Shown here in pieces: positions 40,086 to 52,500 of a DNA stretch of 64,000 nucleotides. Positions within the stretch are counted from its first letter, which is position 1, and every line of letters starts with the position of its first letter. The notes beneath the pieces were generated by a model that was not told where the DNA came from, did no database searches, and worked only from the letters and a program-made list of their open reading frames with translations. Source of the DNA: an uncultured Gammaproteobacteria bacterium (GTDB lineage Bacteria > Patescibacteriota > Microgenomatia > UBA8517); NCBI GenBank assembly GCA_964427735.1, contig CAYRUS010000002.1, positions 131,734-195,733 on the forward strand. Reading direction: 5' to 3'. A program made the translations under genes and the position numbers.

Positions 40086-41774
40086 TCAAGGTTTAAGCAA
40101 ATATCTTCCGGTCATTTCTTTGGGTATTTCTAAGTTCATAAGACCTAAAATTGTAGGTGCTACATCAGCTAATGAGGCTCCGTCTAAATGCATTTTCTTT
40201 CCTTGAAAATTTTTGTTAATTAGAATCAAAGGTACAGGATTTCCAGAGTGATCAGTGCTTACACTTCCTTTACTTGTAGTATAAAAAAATGTAGAGCTAG
40301 GAAAAGTTAACATTTCTTCTGCATTACCATGATCAGCAGTAACAATAACCGTTCCGCCTACCTCTAACACGGCGTCAACCATTTGCTTAAGATACTTATC
40401 AATAGCTTCTATAGCTATTATTGCCTTGTCAAGAATACCAGAATGAGCAACCATATCAGCATTAGCAATATTTAATACAAAAAAATGATATTTATCTCTA
40501 GAAAGCTCTTTCTTAAACGCAGATGTTAACTTGGGAAGTGACATTTCAGGAGCTTTATCATAAGTAGATACCTTTGGTGACTGAACAATATGCACGTCCT
40601 CCCCTTCAACTTTTTCTTCCCTTAATCCATCAAAGTAGTATGTAACGAATCTTTCTTTTTCAGATTCAGCCATATGCATTTGATTGAGAGCTTTTGCAGA
40701 CAATACCTGGCTTAGGGAATTTCCAACTTTTTCAGGACCAAATGCTACAGCTGATACAGGCAGACCTTTTTGATATTCGGTCATGGTAACAAAAAATAAA
40801 TTTTGTACTACCTTTTCTCTTTTAAAGGTAGTACCAACAGGAACGTCATCTTTTCTTTGGGCAGTATCAGGGTCATAACCCCAATCCACATTTTTAATAT
40901 TTTCAAAATCAGGACGAACAAAAGCCATTGTTAATTGCCTTGGTCTATCAATCCTAAAGTTATAAAAAATAACAGCGTCATTATGCTCTATAAGAGCTAG
41001 AGGGACTGAATCATCTTTAATAATTACAGTAGGTTCAATAAATTCATCAGTAATTCCACGGCTGTAGGAAGATTTAATTGCATCTATTGCTGATTTAGCT
41101 TGAACTCCTTTACCTTGCACTAATGCCTGGTAAGTTCTTTGAGTTCTATTCCATCTCCTATCTCGATCCATTGCATAGTATCTACCGTGTAAAGAAGCAA
41201 TTTTGCCAACGCCAATATTTTTTAAAATACTTTCTATATTCTCGATTACTTCTGCTCCTTGTTTAGGAGGAGAATCTCTTCCATCCGTAAACAAATGAAG
41301 ATAAACATTTTGCAAATCTTGCCTTTTGCAAAATTGAATCAAAGCTTTTAAATGTTCAACAGAAGAATGAACTTGACCTGTACCAATAAGACCCATTATG
41401 TGTAGTTTTGAGTTGTTTTTTCTGACGTGACTAGCAGCAGAAACAAAAGCTCTATTATCAAAAAAATATCCCTTTTCAATTGCAATATTGATTCGTTTCA
41501 ATTCCTGATATATCACCCTCCCTGCTCCGAGAGTAAGGTGGCCAACTTCTGTATTACCAACTTCATTAGCAGGCAAACCCACTGATTCTCCTGAAGCTAT
41601 TATTTTTCCAGATGGAAAATTTGACATATAAAAATCAATGTTTGGTGTTCTCGCTTTCTCTACCGCGTTTCCTTGAGATGGTGGTGCTATTCCAAATCCA
41701 TCAAGGATAACTAAAACCATGGGTTTAATATTTTTTTCTTTTTTTTTACTGAAAAATGGCAGCTTAAGTATCAT
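40086..41774 (-). CDS. gpmI: 2,3-bisphosphoglycerate-independent phosphoglycerate mutase
   Basis: LVILDGFG, GNTEVGH, FTDGRD, GRYYAMDRD, NFRIDR, DMVAHSG, TADHGNAE. Confidence 0.93.
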   Translation of the reverse strand: MILKLPFFSKKKEKNIKPMVLVILDGFGIAPPSQGNAVEKARTPNIDFYMSNFPSGKIIASGESVGLPANEVGNTEVGHLTLGAGRVIYQELKRINIAIEKGYFFDNRAFVSAASHVRKNNSKLHIMGLIGTGQVHSSVEHLKALIQFCKRQDLQNVYLHLFTDGRDSPPKQGAEVIENIESILKNIGVGKIASLHGRYYAMDRDRRWNRTQRTYQALVQGKGVQAKSAIDAIKSSYSRGITDEFIEPTVIIKDDSVPLALIEHNDAVIFYNFRIDRPRQLTMAFVRPDFENIKNVDWGYDPDTAQRKDDVPVGTTFKREKVVQNLFFVTMTEYQKGLPVSAVAFGPEKVGNSLSQVLSAKALNQMHMAESEKERFVTYYFDGLREEKVEGEDVHIVQSPKVSTYDKAPEMSLPKLTSAFKKELSRDKYHFFVLNIANADMVAHSGILDKAIIAIEAIDKYLKQMVDAVLEVGGTVIVTADHGNAEEMLTFPSSTFFYTTSKGSVSTDHSGNPVPLILINKNFQGKKMHLDGASLADVAPTILGLMNLEIPKEMTGRYLLKP

Positions 41775-41794
41775 TTTTATATATTATGTTCTAT

Positions 41795-42559
41795 TTAGAG
41801 TATTAAAATTAAATAGGCGATTCCAAGTCCTACTAAAATTATCACAAGTGTTAAGCCTACACTTAAAATTAGATTTGCTTGGATTAATCTTTTAGCCATT
41901 GGATTTCTCCCTATTGCTTCAAGTCCTGTACGCGTAGCCTTTCCAAAGTAAGTCATACCTAAACCAACAGATATTATAACCATTGCTGCAGCAAATAAAT
42001 ACCTTAAGTAACTAATCGGCTCTAGAAGAGGTGTCGCAAATCCTTGCCTAAGCTGATTAATTAGATTAGAACGAGCAGATGTGATTCCAACTGCAGGATG
42101 TATATTTATCGCAATTTGTATTGTTCCCACTTCTTCTCCTGAGAAAGGATCCAGGGCAATTCCTAATATATACCCATCATTTGTGGCAAGTTGAGCAACT
42201 CCAGGAGTTTCTGACGTTGTAATATAGTCCCCCTCTTCAATTTCCCCATTTGAAGCTGTAATACGTACATTTGCTATCCCACTAGAAATTACCGCATATC
42301 CATCTTCAATCTCACTGTCCTCAACTGCAATAACAGGATTAAGTGATATTACGCCAGTCATTGAAGGATCATAAGCTCTATTGCATTTCCTTAAACTATT
42401 GTCACTTAAACAAATAATATCTCCATCATTTATATCCTCATCAGAAATTGGCATGTATAGTCCTAATCCGGATGAAGTAAACTGTGCTTCTGATATACTC
42501 GGTATCATCAAGGCTGCTAAAAAAATTGAGATGGTAAAGAAAATATAGGCAGTTCTCAT
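41795..42559 (-). CDS. Fusion: signal peptide, Peptidase_G2-like fibre chaperone-type domain, C-terminal ATP synthase c-like hairpin lacking the carboxylate
   Basis: NGEIEEGDYITTSETPGVAQ..GYILGIALDPF..GTIQIAIN; then TM-GLEAIGRNPMA-TM with no D/E in helix 2; occupies the atpE position. Confidence 0.75.
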   Translation of the reverse strand: MRTAYIFFTISIFLAALMIPSISEAQFTSSGLGLYMPISDEDINDGDIICLSDNSLRKCNRAYDPSMTGVISLNPVIAVEDSEIEDGYAVISSGIANVRITASNGEIEEGDYITTSETPGVAQLATNDGYILGIALDPFSGEEVGTIQIAINIHPAVGITSARSNLINQLRQGFATPLLEPISYLRYLFAAAMVIISVGLGMTYFGKATRTGLEAIGRNPMAKRLIQANLILSVGLTLVIILVGLGIAYLILIL

Positions 42560-43152
42560 AAGTAAATGTCTAAATTATTGTAGCATGTTGCCAAGATTGT
42601 TACTTGTATTTTTGTACCTTTTAATAAATCGCCGTGCAACAATGTCCTAGAGTCATTGTTTTCAACTAATTAATATTAGTCTAAATTGGACATACCGACC
42701 TCCTCCAGTATTAATTGTCCAACTTTTACAATAATTATCAAATAGATATAGTAATCATATTTCCTTCTAAATATTGATTTATAGGTTGTACTTTGAGTAT
42801 AACTAAGCACCAAATCTAATAAAATTTCTTAAATTTCTTCGAAATATTAGCTATGTAAAGCTTTTATATCCTAAATAATATTCTAATTCTCAAATTGGAG
42901 AGAAATATAAGTGGATATGTTTTTTCTGCAAGTAATGCGTTATTTTACGAGCCTTATTTGTCCGTAATTTGTAAATAGATATAATTTCTGCATTCTATTT
43001 ATGGAAAATAATAGATATTTGTATTGATTTTGTTGCGGTTTAATATGCGTATATTTTATTTCCGCACGGTATTTGTTCGTTTATCATGCCTATTTTTAGT
43101 AAATTGATGTCGCTAATGCTTATGTGACAATTGTATGATTAAATTTCTCACT

Positions 43153-43184
43153 TATTTCTGCAAATATGGCAAATTGCGGAAATA
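43153..43184. promoter_or_regulatory. Operator-like inverted repeat in the divergent promoter region
   Basis: TATTTCTGCAA-N10-TTGCGGAAATA (1 mismatch). Confidence 0.45.
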
Positions 43185-43446
43185 TACCTTCGCTTATCAT
43201 CTTATGGCATTGAACACGGATGCCAATAATTTGACTGATATATACCGCATGACGTGCGTTTATTATGCCTAAATTTCATTTTTACCTTTAGTTGCAAGAT
43301 TAAAACTTATTTAGCAAGAAGTCTTCAAGTATTTACCTAACTAAAATTTCAACCTAGCCTGATTAAGGTTTTAAGTAGAAGCATCTTCCAACGTATTAAT
43401 CTAAAAATTACCACAATAATGCCCCATAAATAAATATAAAACGATA

Positions 43447-43505
43447 TTGACAACAACAGCCAAAACTGTATTAATGATATTGGACATTACAAACTTAAAT
43501 GTCCA
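43447..43505 (+). promoter_or_regulatory. Putative promoter of the giant gene with downstream inverted repeat
   Basis: TTGACA (43447), 17 nt, ATTAAT with upstream TG; TGGACATT-N9-AATGTCCA at 43481-43505. Confidence 0.5.
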
Positions 43506-46500
43506 TTTTTAATACCTGTCCAATGCCCAACAGTACAAAAGTCTATCTATCAATACACGAAGCTGCTGATTACTTGAATGTATCACGCAAAACATTAAGG
43601 CGATGGGAAAAGACTAAAGTGTTAATTCCCTTGCGCACTTCAGGTGGCCATAGAAGATATACAAAAGACCAGCTAGATAAGTTTAAAAAGATTAAAGGTA
43701 GAAAAAGAATAACAAGCAAAGTAAAGACTAAAGTATTCGAAAACAAGACTAGCCAAGCGGTACAGTTACCTACTTTGAGTAATACTAACAAAACTCAAGA
43801 AAGAACGTCAGAAGATAGTAATATTAATCTTCTTGACACAAATATAAATAATAGCCCAAAAGACGAATATATAGATTACAATGACAACCATGAACACACT
43901 ATCAAATATCATAAGGATCACATTCCTATAATCGAAACAGAAACACCATCTCAAATCACCACCGAAAATCTAATTTTGCCTCAGAATAATATCCAGACTA
44001 ATTCCAAACCTAAAAATAACGCAAGTAAATTGAGATCTGTTTCCTACTTCTTTGTGTTTCTACTCTTGTTTGGTGGATTTGTATACTCTGTAAAAGCACT
44101 CCCTGGAGTGGATCTAAATATATCAAAAGGTATCAAGTCTAGTATGGCAGGCTCATCAAACAGTGGGAATATCCAATCAGCCTTTGAAAGGGTCCTTGCT
44201 GCAACCTCTTTTAATCTTTCCTTATTACGCGTAAATGTAAACTCAATTTTCGAAGAAGACATTGCAATTAATGGTGAGAATATAACTACATCATCAGATA
44301 CAATCAATTTATTCAATGAGAACGCTACAACAATTTCCTTTGGAGGCGAAGCTGAAGCAATAAACATAGGAGCTCCCACAGGAACTACAGTTATTAATAA
44401 TGCATTAAATGTAGGATTAGATTTAGCTGTTAATGGTAATTTGTCTGTAGTAGGTATTGCTACTCTAAACACGCTTACTTTAGGAGCAGACACTATTACA
44501 GATATTACTGGAGATGGATTAATTGTGGTTGATGGTGCTCTTACTTCTACATTTGGATCGTCAATAGATTCTACTGATATAACAGATGGAACTATCTCTT
44601 CAGTAGATCTTAATATATCAAACTCTCCCTCTGATGGATTAATCCTAGCCTATGATGAATCCACCGGAGGTTTTACCTGGGTAGTAGACCAAACCGGGGC
44701 TGGAGGAAGCTTGTTCACAGACGCTGGCACAGTAACATATTTAACCGATACTACTGATGACTTGGTTATCGGCGGGACAGTTGCACTCTCCTCCAGTAAA
44801 GTATCAATAGATGGAGATAGTGACCAAATACAATTCTTAGTTCAAGGAAATTCAACCCAAACTACAAACCTTGCAGTTTTCGAACAATCAGATGGAACAG
44901 ACGTATTAACAATTGACAACTCAGGAAACTTAATAACCGCAGGAAGCATTTCAGCGGCCACCAATGAAACTATTAACGGAATTGATATTAGTGCTGGTAC
45001 TATTTCTGATGTTGTTAATTTACTCATTAATGCTGGCGGGGATTTATCAATTGGAGGAATTGGTTTAAGTGATACTGGAGCTAATAATCTAACATCAGGT
45101 GCAAGCCTAATTGGTGTTTTTGACGAATTCACAAATTCTAACTCCACTACACTCCAAGCTGTATTAAATGACCTTGATGCGGCAATAGGATCTGGTTCAT
45201 CCAAGTGGACACAAGATGTTGGATTTATTTATCTCACTAACTCGACAGACTCTATTACAATTGGAGGAAACACAGAGCTTGGAAAACTTGCTATAGCAGG
45301 TGATGCTGACGAATTGCAGTTTGTTGTTAGAGGAAATGCAACCCAAACAGCAAACCTAGCTACCTTTGAAAACTCCTCAGGGGATGATCTTTTGGCAGTT
45401 ACAAGTATGGGAGATCTTCTATCGGGATTTACACAGTTAGATGGAAGTTCAACTGCAAACGGTGCAGGTGCAGCCTCAAAAACTTTGGTCTTACAAGCAG
45501 GTGGTGGCGCCAATTTTGATATTGGAAACTATGTAAGAATTGATAGTACAAACTGCGACGGTGCCGCTGACACTTGTTATTCAAAAATTAGAGGTAAATC
45601 TGGCGACACACTTACACTAAGCAATTCCCTAACCTGGGCAAATGGTAGTGTTGTTTTAGAATATCATATACCCGAAGTCGGAGGAACTAACCTAGCTGAT
45701 ACTCTTGATAATAGATATGGTCTAGGTTATTTCATCAGCGGTGTAACCACAGGAAATGCCTCAACTTTCTATGGGGATGGCGAAATAACAACCTCAAGTG
45801 TTACTAATTTGAATTCTAAAAGCTTATCCATTCGTACAGGAAACTCAGTTGTTTCAGGAAACTCCGGAGATATAATAATTGATACTGGATCTGCAGAAGG
45901 TACAGCAGGTACAATTTCTATTGGAGAAAATAACACAAGCGGTATCACAATAGGTCATAGTGGTATAAATACTACCATATCAGGAAATCTTATTTTCAAC
46001 AGCCAAACAATTAATAACTTTACCGGCAATGGTCTAACAACATCCTCAGATGCTCTAACGATTCAACTAACAAATGCAGCAGACGAACTATCTTCTACAA
46101 CAAGCTCAGGGTCTGGTTTGGAAGTATTATCATCTGGTTTGACCCTTCTCCAAGGATGCGATAACGGTCAAGTTCTAAAGTGGAATGAATCAAATAATTC
46201 ATGGGAATGTGCAAATGACACAGGAGCCTCAAGTGCTGTAATAAATGTAGAAAACAATGATGTAGAAGTTGGTACAGACGTAGACACATTGGACTTTAGC
46301 ACAGATTTTATTCTTACAGCTTCTCCTTCTAACGAGGTCAACATATCCATAGCGGATGATGTTATAAACTTTACGGAAATTAGTGATTCGTTAACACTAG
46401 ACGCAAATACAAATGTAGCGCTAGGAGCTTTAACTTTTTCCACTTCAGGCACAGGATCTTTAGATTTTAATTCAACTGGTCAAGTATCCTTTGCGGGAAA

Positions 46501-49500
46501 TGTTGATGCGGAAAATGGACTTGACGTTACTGGATCATCATTAACTGTAGGTGGCACGGCATTTGTAGTTGGTACAGACGGAACGATTAGCGCAGGAACC
46601 TGGAGTGGAACTGCAATTGCTGCTCAGTACGGTGGAACAGGTATCGACACATCAGGAGCTACAGGTGTTCCTTATGTTTCTTCAGGTATTTGGAATACTG
46701 AATCCACTTTATCTCTTTCTCGCGGAGGTACAGGAGCATCACTTACTGATCCTAACGCTGATAGAATCCTCTTCTGGGATGACTCCGCAAACTCCACTGC
46801 CTTCCTTACTGTAGGATCTGGTCTTTCTCTCTCTGATACCACTCTCTCTGCTGTTGATACTTCTGCTACTAATGAATTGCAAAACCTCTTCTCTACTATC
46901 TCTGTCTCTGGACAAAGTAATGTAGTCGCTGATTCAATCACTGATACTCTTACTCTTGCAGCCGGATCTAATATCTCCATCACTACTGATGCATCTAATG
47001 ACATTATTACTATCGCTGCCTCTGACTCTGATACTAACAACTTCACTACAAGCATCGCTTTTACCGGTACCTCTACAAAAACTTTAACTCTAACTAGAAA
47101 TGGTCTAGCTGATCTAACTGCAAACTTTACTGATATTGGCTTTGATAACCCTATGACTACTGCAGGAGATATTATTTATGGCGGTGTTAGTGGAACAGCA
47201 ACCAGACTAGCAGGTTCTGCTAATGATGGTTACGTACTAAAATTTGATGCTAATACCAATGCTCCATTTTGGGCAGAACTCATAGATAATGATACAAACT
47301 ATTGGGAATTAAGTGAAGGCATTCTCTCTCCAGATACATCTCAAAACGCAGAAGGTATCGCAGCAACATCTTCTGCGACAACAGTTGCTACATTCACAAG
47401 CACTGGTTCAAATGATTCTTTTTGGGCAGGATCCGTAGGTAATTATTTGACAATTTCCTCTACCGGAGGTCTTACTGTCCCGGGAGCAACAAATCTTAAC
47501 GGTTCCTTTAGTTTAGGAGATGGTGGCGACACAGGATCAATTAATACATCGACATGGGACATTTCATCCACAGGAGCAATTACTGGTGCTACTTATGAAG
47601 GATTAACTATCACTACAACTACCGGTACTCTTACTATCGCATCTGGAAAGACATTAACCGCAAATAACTCCCTTACCCTTGTAGGTAATGATTCTGATAC
47701 TTGGACTTTCCCCTCTGCTTCTGGAGCGTCAGGGACAGTAGTTGGCACTGATGAATCTCAAACCTTAACAAACAAAACACTCACAAGTCCTAGAATCGGT
47801 ACCTCTATTCTTGATACTAACGAAAATCCTCTTTTTTCTCTCTCTGCAACCGGTTCAGCTGTCAATTACCTAACTTATGCTAATGCAGCTACAGGAAACA
47901 ATCCCACCTGGACTGCTACTGGGTCTGATACGAATATTTCCCTCACTACGTTGCTTAAAGGCACTGGAGCTGTTCTGTTTGGCTCAACTATTGCGAATTC
48001 TGATACAATCAGTATCAAACCACAAACTTCTACTACAACTAACCCTTTTTCTGGAACTATTACCTCTGAAGATTTAACTGCTGATAGGACCTGGACTTTC
48101 CAAGATGCAGACGGCACCCTGGCTTTCTTATCTGATATTCCTACTTCTGATAACTACCAATACTGGACATTATCTGATGGTTCTAATACAGCTCAAATCA
48201 ATAGCACTGAAACTTTTCAAATAAATACAGGTACAGGAATTACTGCTCTTGTAGCAGAAGGATCGCCAAATACATTGACGCTTTCTGTAACGGATGATTC
48301 TGATACTAATGAATTGCAAAATCTCTTCTCAACTATCGCCGTTTCCGGGCAAAATAATGTCGTCGCAGATTCAATTACTGATACTCTTACCCTTGCAGCC
48401 GGATCTAATATCTCTATAACAACAGATGATACTAATGACATTATTACCATAGCAGCCACAGATACAAATACTACCTACTCCGCAGGGAATGATCTAGATT
48501 TATCGGGTACTCAATTTAATATCGAATCTGAGCTTAATTTTGTAACCAGTATAAACCCAACAAATTCTGCACTTTCTTTAGCATCAAATGGATCTGGTAA
48601 TGATATAAATTTAACATCAGCAAACGCCATTGCCTTTGATGATGCCACATTAACTACAGCGATTACACTCACAGATACAGACACTGCTTTTGATTCTGGT
48701 CATACAGCCATAGTAGATGCTATAAATGCAGCTTATAATGCAGCAACGGGTGGAGGTGCAGGACTTTGGGAGGTAAATTCTGGTGTGTTAAATCCTTCAA
48801 GTTTAACTCAAGATCTAGCCATTGGAGGTACTGATAACACTGCAGCGCTTTTCTTTGATACAAGTACCTCTGCTTTAACATTAAATCCTTTTGGTACATC
48901 AACAGGCAATACGGGAGAGTTAAGACTTACAGAACTTGCTGCAGAAGGTACTAATTATACCGGATTTAAATCTCCTGACTCTTTAGATGCAAACTTGATG
49001 TATACACTTCCTTCCTCAGCAGGATCTAATAATTATGTACTTACAACAGATGGTTCTGGAGGTCTATCCTGGCAAGCTGTAGGAGATGTTGGCGCTGGTT
49101 CTGGAGACGTAACTGCTGTCGGTGATTGTTCTGGAAATGATTGCTTTACTCAATCAGGAACAGGAAATACTCTCTATTTTGAAGGAGCTACGGCAAATGA
49201 CTTTGAAATTGCTCTGACAACCACAGGAGACCCAGATCAAGACTACACAATCACATTGCCAAATGCTTCTGGTGAAATTACAGTATTAGGCCAAAGTATT
49301 GATTTGACAAGCGAAGTTACAGGTGTACTTCCTTTGGCTAGCGGAGGTACAGGAGCATCACTTACTGATCCTAACGCTGATGGAATCCTCTTCTGGGATG
49401 ACTCCGCAAACTCCACTGCCTTCCTTACTGTAGGATCTGGTCTTTCTCTCTCTGATACCACTCTCTCTGCTGTTGATACTTCTGCTACTAATGAATTGCA

Positions 49501-52500
49501 AAACCTCTTCTCTACTATCTCTGTCTCTGGACAAAGTAATGTAGTCGCTGATTCAATCACTGATACTCTTACTCTTGCAGCCGGATCTAATATCTCCATC
49601 ACTACTGATGCATCTAATGACATTATTACTATCGCTGCCTCTGACTCTGATACAACCTATACATTTACTAATGGTTTAACTGAATCTGGTGGCACTGCTA
49701 AACTAGGTGGAACTTTAACCGAAAATACAACTCTTACTACTGACACTTTTGCATTTATAGTTGATTCTCTTAACTTTGATGGCACTACAATTGGCTTAAC
49801 ATCAGATACTGACCTGCTCTCTTTATCTTCTGGAGCTCTAACTGTTAACGGAACTGGTACCTTTACAGGAGATCTGACTGCTAGTGCAGACTTGATTGTT
49901 AGCGGAAGAGGAAGTTTCTCCCATGGCAATAACCAAGGTCTTAATATACCAACTGTAGCAGGTACACCGTCTGCTGTTACAGGTACATCAGAAGGAGATA
50001 TTGTTTATGACTCTACTGGAGATGCTCTTTATATCTATGATGGTAGCCAATTCTCCCAAATTGGTGGTGGTGGCTACAGTGGTTGGACGTTAACCGGTGA
50101 TACGGGTTCGCAGGTTATTAGCTCCGGAGATACAGTATCTGTCATAGGCGGAACTAATTTAACTTCAGTGGTTACTGCTACTGATACTCTTACTCTCAAC
50201 CTCGATGATAATATTACCTTGGCTGGTACCACTGGTATTACACTAACGGGAACTGGCTCTGGAATAACTTTTGAAAATTCAAGCATCATTACCAATCCAT
50301 CGGCTTCGGTGTTTGCCTTTGGTGATAGTACTAACACTCTTTCACTGAACCTGGCAGCAGAATCTGCTGGGAGCATAGATTTCACCACCAACGACACCGT
50401 AAACCTCACCCTCAACCCGGGAGGAAACGTCGGGATTGGGACGACTGATCCATCAGAGATGCTACATGTGGCAGGAGATGTACTCTTTGAGCAAAATCTC
50501 GCAATCAACGATGCCTCTATACATGATAATTATGTCATCAACATGAAAGTCGGCAACACTACAAGCGGAAGTGGTCACAGAGGCATTAATATGTCAGGTG
50601 AAAATATTAGCAAAAACGTTACTGGATTGTTTTTGAGCGTAAACAACACAAGCGCAAATACCACTGGAGTAAATACCTTTGTGATTGGAACTGATGCAGC
50701 TTCTCTCTACGGGGCTTCGAATATTTTGATTACAAATTATGCAGCTTATGGAGTCAATAACTCTATTACTGCTAAAGATGACGCCACTCAACAAAGACTA
50801 TATGGAACCCGCACTGAATTGACAACCTACACCAATGATGTTGGGTACGGACTTTTTGTCAAGCCTTCCATTTTTGCCACCGGAGGTACTCAATACGGCG
50901 CCTATTTTGATTTTACAAGCTCCAACACAACTAACTATGGTGTCTACCAAACTGGTGAAGCCACCAACTATTTCGCAGGTACGGTGGGGATTGGTGATGA
51001 TGCTCCGGATTTTGCGCTGCAGATTGGCGAGGTGGCAGCGGGAGTGGATACGGCTAATGGAGTCGGGATTGCCGGGGACTTACAGGTGGATGACTTTGCC
51101 CTCATAAATGCACTTAGAGTAGGATCAACTGCTACGGATCCAGGAGATGGAAATGCATACATTGAGGGGAATTTGACAGTGAACGGTCGAGGAATCTTTA
51201 CTCATGGCAATAACCAAGGTCTTAATATACCAACTGTAGCAGGTACACCGTCTGCTGTTACAGGTACATCAGAAGGAGATATTGTTTATGACTCTACTGG
51301 AGATGCTCTTTATATCTATGATGGTAGCCAATTCTCCCAAATTGGTGGTGGTGGCTACAGTGGTTGGACGTTAGATGGTGATACAGGAACTCCTGAAAGT
51401 ATAAATTCATCAGACACAGTAACTTTTGCAGGAGGGAATGGTTTAGCATCTGTGGTGTCCTCTACTGACACACTTACCTTTAACTTAGCAGCCCTTACAT
51501 CTGACTGGGATCAAACAGGCGCAAACGACATCATACTAAATCATGCTGACTCAGAACTTAAGATTTTAGAGAGTACAGGAGGAACATATTATGCCACTAT
51601 TGACGCTGGAGATTTAGACCAAGATGCAACTTTGAGAATAGATTCAGGAATTAACCTTGATGGAAATGGCAATACCCTCACCTTATCAGGAAATCTAAAT
51701 GTTGAAAGCATTTCAGCCATTAACCAAGATCTAACCACTGATGCAACAGGTGTGGCATTTGGAGATTTAACCTTAGCAGGTTCAGCTGAAGGTACAGATG
51801 CATTGACCATCACCGCAGGTGACCTCACTCTGGAAGATGGCGATCTAGTACTATCCTCTGGACAATTTACTCTAAATTCTGATGATACTGATGTTACCAC
51901 CGATGAACTTAAGGCATTTAACTTAACTTCCTCTGTCACATTTGATACAACATCAGCAAGCCTTATAAATTATGGTGCTTATATCAGTAACACGAGCAGT
52001 ATCAGCAGTGGTGCAAACACTCTTACTAATATTGGTCTTTATGCAACTGCATCTGGTGCAGACAATAATTATGCAGCGATATTTGAAAATGGAAATGTAG
52101 GAATTGGAACTACATCTCCTACAGAAAAACTACACGTATCTGGTGATGCCTTGCTAAGTGGGCAACTTGCCCTTCATGGAGCTAGTGTAAATGACGACTA
52201 CGCAATTAATATTGGAAATCTCTCAACGAACCAACGAGGTATTAACATCTCTGCAGGAAGCCCAACTAGTCCAGTGTATGGAGTGTACTTTGACATTAGC
52301 AACCCCGGTAGCACTGGTGCAAGTTATGCGTACTATGCCAATGCAACTAATCCCGGCGATTTTGCTGGTTTGATGACAAACGTAACGGGCGGCCGATCAC
52401 ACGGAGTGGTTAACAACCTCACTGTGACTAGTGATTATGGATATGGTGTAAGAAACACCATCACCTCAAGCAGTACTGGATTTAACTCAATTTATGGCGT

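Noticed and set aside
46722-51373. Diversity-generating retroelement TR/VR pair
   Set aside because: Copies are near-identical and in frame within one gene, with only one A/G difference seen and no reverse transcriptase in the window
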